DNA of 63,777 bases, the filler included, from Sandaracinaceae bacterium (GTDB lineage Bacteria > Myxococcota_A > Polyangia > Polyangiales > JADJQN01): NCBI GenBank assembly GCA_947483975.1. It is 18 parts of 18 records of this genome, joined end to end, with 100 filler letters (N's around TTAATTAATTAA, not from the genome) between each part and the next. Parts side by side here need not be neighbours in the genome. Positions count along the whole stretch, not along the records: positions 43,198 to 46,561 come from CANKOL010000486.1; positions 46,662 to 50,024 come from CANKOL010000487.1; positions 50,125 to 53,485 come from CANKOL010000488.1; positions 53,586 to 56,925 come from CANKOL010000489.1; 14 more parts are not named here. One strand, 5' to 3'. The position numbers and the translations under genes were made by a program. A model generated the notes under the pieces. That model was not told the DNA's origin and searched no databases. It was given only the letters and a program-made list of their open reading frames with translations. Of this stretch, positions 44,292 through 54,608 are shown piece by piece; the first letter of the stretch is position 1, and each line of letters opens with the position of its first letter.

Positions 44292-46561
44292 ATGACGACC
44301 TCTGCCGTTCCCACTTCGACCGCGTCCGCCGACTTGCCGCCGTTCGATCCGGTCCCTGCGCTCGCGGACGAGCTCGCGCTGCCGGGGCGCGGCGTCGCGG
44401 CGGTCGTGCAGCTCCTCGCGGAGGGCGCGACGGTGCCGTTCATCGCGCGCTACCGCAAGGAGCTGACGGGCGGGCTCGACGAGGTGCAGATCCGCGCGAT
44501 CGAGGAGCGCCGCACGTACCTGATCGAGATGGAGGCGCAGCGGCGCACCGTGCTCGACTCGATCCACGGCCAGGGCAAGCTCACGCCCGAGCTGCGCAAG
44601 CGCATCCTCGCGTGCACGACGAAGGCGGCGCTCGACGATCTCTACCTGCCGTACAAGCCGAAGCGCCGCACGCGCGCGATGATCGCCCGCGAGCGCGGGC
44701 TCGAGCCGCTCGCGCTCTCGATCCTCGCGCAGGCGACGAGCGGCAGCCCGAGCGAGGCGGCGCAGGCGTTCGTCGACGCGGCGAAGGAAGTGCCCGACAT
44801 CGCGGCGGCGCTCCAAGGCGCGCGCGACATCGTCGCGGAGGCCGTCGCCGAGCACGCGGACGTGCGCGCGATGGCGCGGACGGCGTTCGTCGAGGAGGGC
44901 GTGCTCGCGGCGACCGTCGTCGCCGACAAGAAGAACGAGCGCACGAAGTTCGAGGACTACTACGATCACACCGAGGCCGTCGCGAAGATGCCGTCCCATC
45001 GCTACCTGGCGATCCGGCGCGGGGAGAAGGAGGGCGTGATCCGCGCCGCCATCACGGTGGAGGCCGAGCGGATGCTGCCGCGCATCGAGCGCACGATGAA
45101 GCTCGACGGGCAGTCGCCGTGGGCGGAGGAGCTCGCGACGGCGATCGGGGACGCGTGGAAGCGCCTGCTCGCGCCGTCGGTCGAGAACGATGTGCGCGTG
45201 GACCTGAAGATGAAGGCGGACCGCGACGCGGTGGAGGTCTTCGCCGACAACATGAAGAACCTGCTCCTCGCGGCGCCGCTCGGCGGCAAGGCGGTCGTCG
45301 GCATCGACCCGGGGCTGCGCTCGGGCTGCAAGGTCGCCGCCGTGGACGCGACGGGGAAGTTCCTCGAGACGATCGTGATCTATCCGTCGCAGGGCGAGGC
45401 GCAGGCGGCGCGCGCGAAGCGGGACCTCGGCGCGTTCCTCGTGAAGCACAAGCCGGTCGCGGTCGCCGTCGGCAACGGCACGGGCGGGCGCGAGACGGAG
45501 ACGTTCACGCGCGAGGTGGCGCGGGAGAACAAGCTCGACGGCACGATCGTCGTCGCCGTCAGCGAGGCGGGCGCGAGCGTCTACTCGGCGTCGGACGTCG
45601 CGCGCGAAGAATTCCCCGACCTCGACCTGACGATCCGCGGCGCCATCTCGATCGCGCGGCGCCTGCAAGATCCGCTCGCGGAGCTCGTGAAGGTCGAGCC
45701 GAAGGCGATCGGCGTCGGGCAATATCAGCACGACGTCCATCAGCCGCTGCTCGTCCGCAAGCTCGGCGAGGTGATCGAGTCGTGCGTGAACGCCGTCGGC
45801 GTCGAGCTGAACACGGCGAGCGCGCCGCTGCTCTCGTACGTCTCGGGCATCGGCCCCGCGCTCGCGAAGAAGATCGTCGGGCACCGCGAGGAGCACGGCG
45901 CGTTCGCGAGCCGCGACGATGTGATGAAGGTCGCGGGGCTCGGTCCGAAGGCGTTCGTGCTCGCGGCGGGGTTCCTCCGCGTGCGCGGCTCGAGCAACCC
46001 GCTCGACATGAGCGCGGTGCACCCCGAGCGCTACGCCCTCGTCGAGCGCATCGCGGCGGATATGGGCGTGCCGCTCGCCTCGCTCGTCGGGGACGCGGCG
46101 CGCGCGGACGCGATCGATGTGCCGTCGTACGTCGGCAAGTTCGCGGCGGATGGCGTCGGTGAGCCGACGCTGCGGGACATCGTCGCGGAGCTTCGCAAGC
46201 CGGGGCGCGACCCGCGCGCGAGCTTCGAGCCGCCGAAGTTCCGCGACGACGTGCAGACGCTCAACGACCTCAAGGAGGGGATGATCCTCGAGGGCGTCGT
46301 GACGAACGTGACGGCGTTCGGCGCGTTCGTGGACGTCGGCGTGCACCAGGACGGGCTCGTGCACATCTCGCAGCTCTCGGACCGCTTCATCAAGGACCCG
46401 CGCGAGGCGGTGAAGGTCGGCGACAAGCTGCAGGTGCGCGTGATGGAGGTCGACCTCGTGCGGCAGCGCATCGCGCTGAGCGCCAAGAGCGCCGACACGA
46501 CGAACAAGGTCGGCGGCGCGCACGGCGCACGCCCCGCGGACGCGCAGCGCGGGCAGCAGCA
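44292..46561 (+). CDS. tex: Tex (YhgF) RNA-binding transcription accessory protein, 3' partial
   Basis: GATVPFIARYRKE, DLYLPYKPKRRT, GIDPGLRSGCK, SEAGASVYSAS, IGVGQYQHDV, C-terminal S1 domain. Confidence 0.95.
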
Positions 46562-46663
46562 NNNNNNNNNNNNNNNNNNNNNNNNNNNNNNNNNNNNNNN
46601 NNNNNTTAATTAATTAANNNNNNNNNNNNNNNNNNNNNNNNNNNNNNNNNNNNNNNNNNNNAC

Positions 46664-48274
46664 GCCGAGCTCGTCGAGACCGCCGCCGCAGAGCCGCCGC
46701 GCGCTGAGCCTTCGCGTCCCGCCGAGGACGCCCCGCTGCTCGTCGACGGCGAGCTTCGCGGCGCGAGCCCCGCGGATGGGACCGCGCTGCGGCCCGTCGC
46801 CGTGACCGACGTCTCGACGCTGCCCGCGCTGGTCGCGCGCTGTCGCGCCGCGCAGGAGCGGCACGGCGCACGCTCGGTCGAGGACCGCGCGACCTTGTTG
46901 CGTCGCTTCGCGGACGCGCTCCTTCGGCGCGGCGAAGAGACGGTGCGCGTGCTCATGGAGGAGTGCGGCAAGCTCGAGCAGGAGGCGCGGCTCGTGGAGG
47001 TGCTGCCGACGGCGGACCTCGCGGCGTTCTGGTGCGAGGAGGGGCCCGCGCTGCTCGCGAACGAGGAGCCGGAGCTCGACCCGATGTCGTATCCGGGCAA
47101 GCGCGCGACGATCGAGCGCGCGCCTCGCGGCGTCGTCGCGCTGATCACGCCGTGGAACTTCCCGGTGGCGATCCCGCTCCGCACCATCTTCCCCGCGCTG
47201 CTCGCGGGCGACGGCGTCGTGATGAAGCCGAGCGAGTACGCGCCGCGCTGCGCAGAGGTGATCGCCGCGGCGGCGCGCGAGGTCTTCGGCGAGGACCTCG
47301 TCGTGCTCGCGCAGGGAGGCGGCGACGTCGGCGCGGGGTTGATCGCGGCGGGCGTCGACGCGGTCGTCTTCACTGGCTCGGTCGCGACGGGGCGCAAGGT
47401 CGCGCACGCCGCGGCGGACGTGTTCGTGCCGGTGTCGCTGGAGCTCGGCGGCAAGGACGCGGCGATCGTGCTCGACGACGCGGACCTCGAGCGCACGGCG
47501 AACGGCATCGTGTGGGGCGCGTTCGCGAACGCCGGGCAGAACTGCGCAGCCATCGAGCGCGTGTACGTGACGCCCGGCATCGCGGGCAAGCTCGAGGAGC
47601 GCGTCGTCGCGCTGACGAAGGCGCTCGTGCTCGGGCGCGACGTCGGCCCGATGACGACGCCCGCGCAGCTCGCGCTCGTCGCGCGGCACGTCGATGAGGC
47701 CGTCGCCGCGGGCGCGCGCGCGCTCGTCGGCGGTGCGCGCGCAGACCGCCCGGGGCTCTGGTATCCGCCGACCGTGCTCGTCGACGTCCCGCTCGACGCA
47801 GCCGTGCTCGTCGACGAGACGTTCGGTCCGGTGCTGCCGCTCGTGCGCGTCGACAGCGAAGAGGCCGCCATCGAGGCCGCGAACGCCTCGCGCTTCGGGC
47901 TGACGGGCAGCGTGTGGACGCACGACCTCGAGCGCGGTGAGCGCGTCGCGCGGCGCCTGCGCACCGGCGTCACGATGGTCAACAACCACTCGTTCACCGG
48001 CGCCGTCCCGTCGCTGCCGTGGAGCGGCGTCGGCGAGAGCGGCTACGGCGTCACGAACAGCGCGCACGCGCTCGATCTGCTCTCGCGCCCTCGCACCATC
48101 CTCGTGGACGCGTCCCGCGCCAAGCGCGAGCTGTGGTGGCATCCGTACACCCCCGCGCTCGCCGTCGTCGCGCGCTCGCTGACGGTCCTCCGCACGCGCG
48201 GCGCGGGGCTCGGCCCGAAGCTCAAGGCCGTCCTGGCGTTGCTCGGCGGTTTTCTCAAGCGATGGAAGGTTTGA
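46664..48274 (+). CDS. Aldehyde dehydrogenase family protein, 5' partial
   Basis: ITPWNFP, KPSE, FTGS, LELGGKD, NAGQNC, ETFGPV. Confidence 0.93.
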   Translation, partial: AELVETAAAEPPRAEPSRPAEDAPLLVDGELRGASPADGTALRPVAVTDVSTLPALVARCRAAQERHGARSVEDRATLLRRFADALLRRGEETVRVLMEECGKLEQEARLVEVLPTADLAAFWCEEGPALLANEEPELDPMSYPGKRATIERAPRGVVALITPWNFPVAIPLRTIFPALLAGDGVVMKPSEYAPRCAEVIAAAAREVFGEDLVVLAQGGGDVGAGLIAAGVDAVVFTGSVATGRKVAHAAADVFVPVSLELGGKDAAIVLDDADLERTANGIVWGAFANAGQNCAAIERVYVTPGIAGKLEERVVALTKALVLGRDVGPMTTPAQLALVARHVDEAVAAGARALVGGARADRPGLWYPPTVLVDVPLDAAVLVDETFGPVLPLVRVDSEEAAIEAANASRFGLTGSVWTHDLERGERVARRLRTGVTMVNNHSFTGAVPSLPWSGVGESGYGVTNSAHALDLLSRPRTILVDASRAKRELWWHPYTPALAVVARSLTVLRTRGAGLGPKLKAVLALLGGFLKRWKV

Positions 48275-48325
48275 GCAGGCCTGGGGGTTGTGGTAGTCCG
48301 CCCGTCCAACCCTGTGCGAGACCCC

Positions 48326-48880
48326 ATGCGCCCCGTGACCTTTCTTTTCGTAGTGGCTGCCGCGTTTGCGGCTTGGCCCGGTGCCGGCTGTTCCGGAAGC
48401 GGACGCTCCGTGCCTGCCGCTGAGCCGGTGTCGGAGCCCTCGGCGCACGAGGCGCCTGCCGCCATGCCGCACGGGCAGGTCGTGCTCGAAGTGCCCGGGC
48501 GGGACCCGGTGACCTTTCAGGTCGAGGTCGCCAACAACGACGAGACACGGCAGCGCGGGCTGATGTTCCGCAACCAGATGAACGCCGACGCCGGGATGAT
48601 CTTCCTGTTCGAGGCGCCCGAACACATGTCGTTCTGGATGCACAACACCTACCTGCCGCTCGACATGGTGTTCATCACCACGGAGATGCGCGTGCTCGGC
48701 GTCGTCGAGAACGCGGAGCCACGGACCGACGACGCCCGCGAGGTCGAGGGCGACTCGCAGTACGTGCTCGAGCTGAACGCAGGTACGGCGCGGCAGTACG
48801 GCATTGGCCCGGGCGTGCACGTCCGCTTCGTCGGCATCCCGCAGGGCGCCGAGCCGCGTGGGGGAGGCCGCCATGAATAG
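48326..48880 (+). CDS. DUF192-family exported protein
   Basis: EVA...RQRGLMFR...GMIFLF...FWMHNTYLPLDMVF...YVLELNAG. Confidence 0.9.
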   Translation: MRPVTFLFVVAAAFAAWPGAGCSGSGRSVPAAEPVSEPSAHEAPAAMPHGQVVLEVPGRDPVTFQVEVANNDETRQRGLMFRNQMNADAGMIFLFEAPEHMSFWMHNTYLPLDMVFITTEMRVLGVVENAEPRTDDAREVEGDSQYVLELNAGTARQYGIGPGVHVRFVGIPQGAEPRGGGRHE

Positions 48881-49931
48881 CCCCGCGCTCGTCGCCGTGC
48901 GCGCCACGCGCGTGCTCGCCGCGTGTGTCGTCTCGCTCGCGGTCGCCGCGCCGCTCGCGCTCGCTGGCGTCGGCTGCGGTCCCAAGGAAGACGCCCACGG
49001 CGTGCGCCCGGGCGCAGGCACCGGCGCCCATCAGGGCGCGACGGACACCTCCGGCGAGATCGTCGTCGATGGCTATCGAGTGATCCTCGCGCAGCCGAGC
49101 AAGCGCGGCCCGACGCCGAGCAAAGCAGGGGACGCCGCCCGCGCGCGCGCCCTCGCGAACCTCGTCCGCACGCCGACGAGCCCCGATCCTCAGGCGGGTG
49201 ACTTCACGCTCCAGGAGGCCGTCGTCGGCCTCGGGACCGACGGCACGCTCGTCGCGGAGATCGGCACCGATCTCGGCACGATGGAGTGCGACCTCTACGG
49301 CGACAAGACCCCGAACACGGTCGCGAATTTCATCGGCCTCGCGCGCGGTCTTCGCCCTTGGTGGGACGCGCGGGCGGGCGCTTGGGTGACGCACCCGATG
49401 TACCGAGACACGCCGTTTCATCGCGTGATCCCGGGCTATATGGTCCAGGGCGGCGACTACCTGGGCGATGGCACGGGGACGGTCGGCTACACGATCCCCG
49501 ACGAGATGCGCTCGGACCTGCGGCACGATCGCGCGGGCCTGCTCTGCATGGCGAACACCGGGGCGAACCAGAACGGCGCGCAGTTCTTCCTGCTCGACGC
49601 CCCCGCCCCGCAGCTCGACGCGCTGAACACGTACACGGTGTTCGGGCGTTGCCTTCAGCCGGACGTCGTCGGGCGCATCGCGCGCGTTCCGCAAGACGGC
49701 ACGGACGCCAACCGCCCGCTGACGCCGGTGCTCATCTCTCGCGTCGTCATTCGGCGCATCGTCGGCGGCGCGACAAACGCGGTACCGACGCGCCCTCGGA
49801 TGCCCGAGGGTGAGCAGCAGCCGACCGGCGCGAGCCCGCCGCCCGGCAGCTCAGACGCTCGGCCTGCACCGCCGGGGGCGCCGCTCGCTCGGCCCGCTCC
49901 GCCGTCGCCCGAAGGTCCGCACCTCCACTGA
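48873..49931 (+). CDS. Cyclophilin-type peptidyl-prolyl isomerase, lipoprotein
   Basis: TPNTVANF, FHRVIPGYMVQGGD, MANTG...NGAQFF, YTVFG; lipobox GVG-C. Confidence 0.92.
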   Translation: MNSPALVAVRATRVLAACVVSLAVAAPLALAGVGCGPKEDAHGVRPGAGTGAHQGATDTSGEIVVDGYRVILAQPSKRGPTPSKAGDAARARALANLVRTPTSPDPQAGDFTLQEAVVGLGTDGTLVAEIGTDLGTMECDLYGDKTPNTVANFIGLARGLRPWWDARAGAWVTHPMYRDTPFHRVIPGYMVQGGDYLGDGTGTVGYTIPDEMRSDLRHDRAGLLCMANTGANQNGAQFFLLDAPAPQLDALNTYTVFGRCLQPDVVGRIARVPQDGTDANRPLTPVLISRVVIRRIVGGATNAVPTRPRMPEGEQQPTGASPPPGSSDARPAPPGAPLARPAPPSPEGPHLH

Positions 49932-49940
49932 CCTCTACCC

Positions 49941-50022
49941 CAGCGCGTCGCTCTGCGCGGCGCGCTGACGTCGGCTGCCCCCGACCGCAGCGCATCGGTC
50001 TGCGCGGTGCGCTGACGTCGGC
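49941..50022. repeat. Two 35-bp REP-like hairpin repeats (period 47) at the contig end
   Basis: CAGCGCGTCG-CTCTGCG-CGGCGCGCTG-ACGTCGGC and CAGCGCATCG-GTCTGCG-CGGTGCGCTG-ACGTCGGC. Confidence 0.75.
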
Positions 50023-50124
50023 CTNNNNNNNNNNNNNNNNNNNNNNNNNNNNNNNNNNNNNNNNNNNNTTAATTAATTAANNNNNNNNNNNNNNNNNNNN
50101 NNNNNNNNNNNNNNNNNNNNNNNN

Positions 50125-50267
50125 TCGCCGCGGTGTGCGGCGCGGGGCTCTCCGACGCGGGCGCGCTCCGCCGCCGCAGCGTCGCGCTGCTCGCGTTCGC
50201 GGCGATGTTCGGCGCGGGCTTCCTGATCCTCGAGCGCGCAGGCTTTCTGCTGAGCCTCGGCCTATGA
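50125..50267 (+). CDS. C-terminus of a membrane protein, partial
   Basis: SVALLAFAAMFGAGFLILERAGFLLSLGL*; ATGA coupling to the next gene. Confidence 0.55.
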
Positions 50268-50620
50268 GCGCGCCCCGCCGCACGTCCGACGACACCGCCG
50301 ACCGCAAGCGCGTCGCCCTCGCGCTCGCGTCGCTCGTGTTCGCGTTCGCGTCGCCCATCGCGTACACCGCGCAGCGCCTGTTCGAGCGCGCGCGCAGCAC
50401 GCCGACCGACCCGCTGCTCGTGGTGTTCGACCTGCACACCGCGTTTTACTGGCGCGCCTCGACCGCCGCGTGGTGGGGCGTCGTGCTCGCGATCGTGGCG
50501 TACGCGTTCTCCGCGCAGCCTGCCGCCGCGACCCTGCGCGCGCGCCTCACGCGCGGGGTGACGCTCGCCGCGGTCCCGCTCGCCATCGCGCTCGCGCTCA
50601 CGCTCTGGAGAAACCCGTGA
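50264..50620 (+). CDS. Small integral membrane protein (118 aa)
   Basis: Three hydrophobic segments; coupled to both neighbours. Confidence 0.7.
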   Translation: MSAPRRTSDDTADRKRVALALASLVFAFASPIAYTAQRLFERARSTPTDPLLVVFDLHTAFYWRASTAAWWGVVLAIVAYAFSAQPAAATLRARLTRGVTLAAVPLAIALALTLWRNP

Positions 50621-51051
50621 CGTGGCGCCTGCTCGAGTCCGCGCACGGCTACCTCGGCGTCCTCGCCGTCGTCGCGCTCCTCCATCCGGCGATCCTCCTG
50701 CGCCGCGGGCAGCCGCTCTCACGCGGCGCGCGCTGGTCCGTCGCCCTGACGACGCTCGTCACCGCGCTCGCGTTCGGCTTCGGCGTCGGCATCTACGAGC
50801 ACTATCGCGCGACGGCAAAGCGCGTCATTTTCCTCGAGAATCGCACGATCGGGCTGCTCTTCGAGACCAAGGAGCACCTCGGCTTCGCCATCATCGCGCT
50901 GGCCCTCGGCGCGGGCCTCGCCGCCCTCGTCGCGCCGCGCGCCGCCGTGGACCTGCGCCGCGCGTGCGCGCTCACCTACGTCGCCGCGTCGATCTTGTGC
51001 GCCGTCGTCGTCGCGCTCGGCGCGGTCGTCGCGTCGACGCAGGGGTTCTGA
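50617..51051 (+). CDS. Integral membrane protein (144 aa) with several TM His residues
   Basis: GTGA overlap; about four TM segments; SAHG, LLHP, KEHL. Confidence 0.7.
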   Translation: MTWRLLESAHGYLGVLAVVALLHPAILLRRGQPLSRGARWSVALTTLVTALAFGFGVGIYEHYRATAKRVIFLENRTIGLLFETKEHLGFAIIALALGAGLAALVAPRAAVDLRRACALTYVAASILCAVVVALGAVVASTQGF

Positions 51052-51087
51052 GCGCGCCGCCGCTGTCGGGGCGAGCCGCCCCTCTCG

Positions 51088-51777
51088 TCAGGGCGCGGCG
51101 GTGTTCTCTGCGCCGGGCGTCGGCGTGCCGACGGCGAACGCGCCGACGCCGTTCGGGAGGCGTGACCAAGTGCTCCCATCAGGCACGGCGGGAGGCGCGG
51201 GATACTGGGCGTCCGCGAGCACGGCGTCAGTCGTCGCGCCGAGCACGAACACCTGGTCGCCGCGCGTGCCGCTGAGCCCGAAGCCCGCCTCGAGGCAGGT
51301 CGGCGCTGCGCCCATCAGGCAGCCGGTCTGTACGCCCGCGCGCGGCGCCGCGACGCCCGCGACGACGACGAGATAGGCCCCCGGCGCGAGCGTGGTCCCG
51401 GCCGGCACGGTGATGGCATCAGCGACCTTCGGCAGCCCAGTGGTCTCGTCGAGGTCCGCGACGCGCAGCCCCGAGAGGTCGAGCGTCGTCGTGCCGGTGT
51501 TCATCAGCTCGAGCCAGTCGTCGCCCGTCGCGCGCACCTCGTTGACCGCGAGCGCGCCGAAGCCTGCGTCGCCGAGCGCGGCGTCGGTGCGTGGCCCGAG
51601 ATCCGTGGGCTGCGGGCCGAGGTCAGCGGTCGTCGCGTCGGCTCCGCTGTCGCGCACGGGGCGCACAGGCGCGTTCCCTCCCGACTCCGCACAACCGGCG
51701 AGAGCGAGCGCTGCGAGCGCGACGGGGAGCGCGGCGCGAACGAGCGCGTAGCTGCGAAGGGACTCAGTGTCGGACAT
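51088..51777 (-). CDS. Lamin-tail-domain lipoprotein
   Basis: Lipobox LAG-C; AVNEV...DDWLELMNTG...LDLSG...LAPGAYLVV...TPGAEN. Confidence 0.85.
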   Translation of the reverse strand: MSDTESLRSYALVRAALPVALAALALAGCAESGGNAPVRPVRDSGADATTADLGPQPTDLGPRTDAALGDAGFGALAVNEVRATGDDWLELMNTGTTTLDLSGLRVADLDETTGLPKVADAITVPAGTTLAPGAYLVVVAGVAAPRAGVQTGCLMGAAPTCLEAGFGLSGTRGDQVFVLGATTDAVLADAQYPAPPAVPDGSTWSRLPNGVGAFAVGTPTPGAENTAAP

Positions 51778-51810
51778 GGCGAACGCTCCTGATTTGTTGG
51801 GCTCGAGGGG

Positions 51811-52989
51811 TCAGAGGACGAAGCGCGCGTTGAGCGCCAGGTCCCAGAGATCGCTGCCGGGGAGGGCCGCGCGCGCCGCTGAAGTCGGCATGGCGCGGGT
51901 GAGCGCGAGGTAGAGTTCGAGGGGCTTGGCGACGCGATAGCCAACCGTGCCGACGACCGTCGTGACGCGGTCGTCGCCTACGCTGCGCTCGCGGACGAGG
52001 TGCACGAGGCGCGCCCCGAGGAGCAAGCGGCGTACGGGCTCGCCGCGCGCGAAGAACTCCCAAAGGACTGCCTCGCGCGAGGCGACGTCGTCGACGCCCC
52101 ACGCGAGCGTGACGAGCGCGCCCGCCGAGAACGCGGCGTCGGTGCGCCCCGTCTCTCGAAAATCTCCGCGCCAGAGCAGCCCGGCGGTCACGCGATGGGC
52201 CCGCGAAGAGGCGACTCCCTGCGAGCCGTAGACGCCCGATACGAACAGCGCGAGCGGCCCGAGCGCCGGCGCGACGGGCGCGAGCGCGTGCAGCTCTGCG
52301 GCGAACTCGGTGTTCTTGCCGCGGTTGAGCTCGCGGCTCGTGTAGCCCTCACCGCTCGAGACGGTGCCGCCGACCCAGCCGAGGCGCGCGGGCAGGCGCA
52401 GCGTCGCGCGCGCGCCGAGGTCGGCAGGCGCGGCGAGGTTGCTCTCTTCGAGCGGCGTCGACGCGATGGCGCGCAGCCCCCACGCGCCCTCGAGCGCGGG
52501 GATCGTGAGGAGCGGCACGAGCCCGAGCTGAAGCTCGAGCGCGTCGTCGAACGCGCGATAGCCGACCGACGCCTCGCGCAGTCGCAGCAGCACGCTGTCC
52601 GTCGCGACCCCGACGAGCGCGCCCGACGTCGTCGAGCGCACGCCCTCGAGCACGACCCGCGCGGTCGCGCCGTCGTAGCGCGCCGAGAGCGCCGCGTGGA
52701 CGCGCGGCACGTCGAAGGCGTGGTCCCAGGTACGCCCGTCGGCCGTCTCGCGCGCGGTGAGCGCGTAGCGGGCGAACACCTCCAGCCCGGGTGTGACGGC
52801 GACCGTGTGCGCGCTGCTGCCCGCGGGCGTGCCGCTCGGCGCCTCGAAGCGCTGCGGGCTCGCCTCGGGCTCGTGCTCGTTGGGCGGCGCCGCGTCGGTC
52901 GCTTGGGCGTGTGCGCGCGTCGGCGACGAGAGCAGCATGGCGAGCGCGAGCGGCGCGAGCAGCGCGAGCGGGAGCGTCGAGCGGTTCAT
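51811..52989 (-). CDS. Outer-membrane beta-barrel (porin-like) protein
   Basis: Signal peptide ending AHA-Q; amphipathic beta-strands; C-terminal LNARFVL. Confidence 0.7.
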   Translation of the reverse strand: MNRSTLPLALLAPLALAMLLSSPTRAHAQATDAAPPNEHEPEASPQRFEAPSGTPAGSSAHTVAVTPGLEVFARYALTARETADGRTWDHAFDVPRVHAALSARYDGATARVVLEGVRSTTSGALVGVATDSVLLRLREASVGYRAFDDALELQLGLVPLLTIPALEGAWGLRAIASTPLEESNLAAPADLGARATLRLPARLGWVGGTVSSGEGYTSRELNRGKNTEFAAELHALAPVAPALGPLALFVSGVYGSQGVASSRAHRVTAGLLWRGDFRETGRTDAAFSAGALVTLAWGVDDVASREAVLWEFFARGEPVRRLLLGARLVHLVRERSVGDDRVTTVVGTVGYRVAKPLELYLALTRAMPTSAARAALPGSDLWDLALNARFVL

Positions 52990-53485
52990 GGGAGCTCCGG
53001 GAGCGCTGTGGGTGTTGGGGGTGTGCCGAGGACCGCGGCGAAGTCGCTCGGTGGGGCGTCGCCGGGCGCCGGTGACACGCCGAGCGTCGGACCGCGCGTG
53101 CGCAGCGCCTCGATGAAGCGCGCGCGGTCGTCCTCGACCTGCGTCGCGTAGCGCCCACAGACGTCGGCTTGTTCGTCGGCGAATCCAGCGGGATCGCGCG
53201 CGATCGTCTCTGCGATCGGGGTCGCCGCGTCGACTCCGTCGAGCCACGTCGAGTGGATCCGCGCGAGCACTCGCGCGAGCGCTATGCCGACGCCGCGGAT
53301 CGCCTCGACGGTGCCGCGCGCGCCCGTCCAGCGAGCGGTGCGGACGTTCTTCTGACCCTCGGACTCGCGCCGCACCTGCACGGGGAGCCCGAGCCAAGTG
53401 GACGTCCCCCAGCGCGCCTCCGCGTCCGGTCGAGACCAGGCCGAGCGTGAGGTGCGGCGGATTCGCCCGGTCACGTCGCGCGCCA
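52986..53485 (-). CDS. C-terminus of a DUF2252-like protein, 5' partial
   Basis: GIALARVLARIHS...FADEQ...RYATQVEDDRARF resembles the DUF2252 C-terminus; ATGA coupling to the porin gene. Confidence 0.5.
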
Positions 53486-53586
53486 NNNNNNNNNNNNNNN
53501 NNNNNNNNNNNNNNNNNNNNNNNNNNNNNTTAATTAATTAANNNNNNNNNNNNNNNNNNNNNNNNNNNNNNNNNNNNNNNNNNNNC

Positions 53587-54174
53587 CCGGTCAACCGCAT
53601 CGACGTCAACGGCGAGTGGTGGTTTCTCCTGCCGCTCGTCGAAGGAGCGGTCGGGGCGGTCGGCATGGGCTTCGGCATCCGCGGGATGCTGCACCTGGCC
53701 GGGGGCGGCAGCCTCTACGACTGCATGAGCACCGAGAACCTCGCCCGCGACATGGCGACCGACGCCTTCCTCGGCGCCTCGACGGCCGGCCTCGGTGTCA
53801 TCGCCGCGGACGGCGCCCGCGCCGCAGCCGGATCGCGCGGCCTCGGCGGCGCTTGTCGCGGCGGAGCGTGCACGAGGCTGGGGGCAGGGGAATTCTTGGG
53901 CGTAGGTGAGTACCTTGCCGCAAAGGCCCCTAGACAGGTCACGCCCGGCATGAGCGTTCTCGAGGGGCAGTACATGAATGACTTGGGAAGGGTCGAGCCC
54001 TGGCGAGCCCATTATGATGGCTACGGACGGATGATAGGGCGGACAGATTTCAATGCCGGTAATGCAGCGCAGGGCATCCCTTCGACCCATCACCACATCT
54101 ATGATTGGAGTCTACGAGGCGCGCCTGGCCAGCAAGTAGGACGCCACCTTCCAGGGGAGTACGGTTCACCATGA
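53587..54174 (+). CDS. RHS-type polymorphic toxin C-terminus (putative nuclease, Ntox24-like), 5' partial
   Basis: PVNRIDVNG core/toxin junction (PxxxxDPxG variant), Gly/Ala hydrophobic linker, then YDGYGRMIGRTD...GIPSTHHHIY in lower-GC codons. Confidence 0.8.
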   Translation, partial: PVNRIDVNGEWWFLLPLVEGAVGAVGMGFGIRGMLHLAGGGSLYDCMSTENLARDMATDAFLGASTAGLGVIAADGARAAAGSRGLGGACRGGACTRLGAGEFLGVGEYLAAKAPRQVTPGMSVLEGQYMNDLGRVEPWRAHYDGYGRMIGRTDFNAGNAAQGIPSTHHHIYDWSLRGAPGQQVGRHLPGEYGSP

Positions 54175-54500
54175 GCGTTCGAGGTGGCGACGACGTGTAC
54201 AAGCGCTTGCTGGAGTACGGGTTTGCGCGGCGACTCGTGCTACGCCGAGAAGGTGAGGAACTGACACTAGTGCTGACGGTCGCGTCCGAGGCGTCCGACG
54301 TCTCGGTGGTTGTAGTCTTTCGGGGTGTTTCGGATCTGAAGTTCCTCGGTGAACGAACCCTGCTGACGGAATGTGTTCTCCTCGTTGCACGAGACATCTC
54401 GGCGGACGGATGGGAGGATGCCCGGTTCAGGGTCAAGGACTATGAGGAAGAGTTCGTTTCGTTCGTGTGTCGCGAGATTGAAGGGCCCTCGCCGGAATGA
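54171..54500 (+). CDS. Putative cognate immunity protein (109 aa)
   Basis: ATGA overlap with the toxin stop; lower GC; DISADGWE..RFRVKDYE...VSFVC. Confidence 0.75.
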   Translation: MSVRGGDDVYKRLLEYGFARRLVLRREGEELTLVLTVASEASDVSVVVVFRGVSDLKFLGERTLLTECVLLVARDISADGWEDARFRVKDYEEEFVSFVCREIEGPSPE

Positions 54501-54605
54501 ACGCTTCTCAACGCGGAACGAAACCTGCTGCGGTCCCGCGGGTGGAACGACTGGCCCACGGATGCCCTCACGACTCAGTGGCTGCCGCCCGGCGGAGGTG
54601 GATGA
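54501..54605 (+). pseudogene. Possible orphan toxin C-terminal tip remnant (TLLNAERNLLRSRGWNDWPTDALTTQWLPPGGGG*)
   Basis: Start-less protein-like frame ending 3 nt before the next ATG; the GGAGG in its last codons serves as that gene's RBS. Confidence 0.4.
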
Positions 54606-54608
54606 GCC

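Noticed and set aside
49941..50024. CRISPR array interpretation of the 35-bp repeats
   Set aside because: Only two units, a 12-nt spacer, and no cas genes; a REP-like element fits better.
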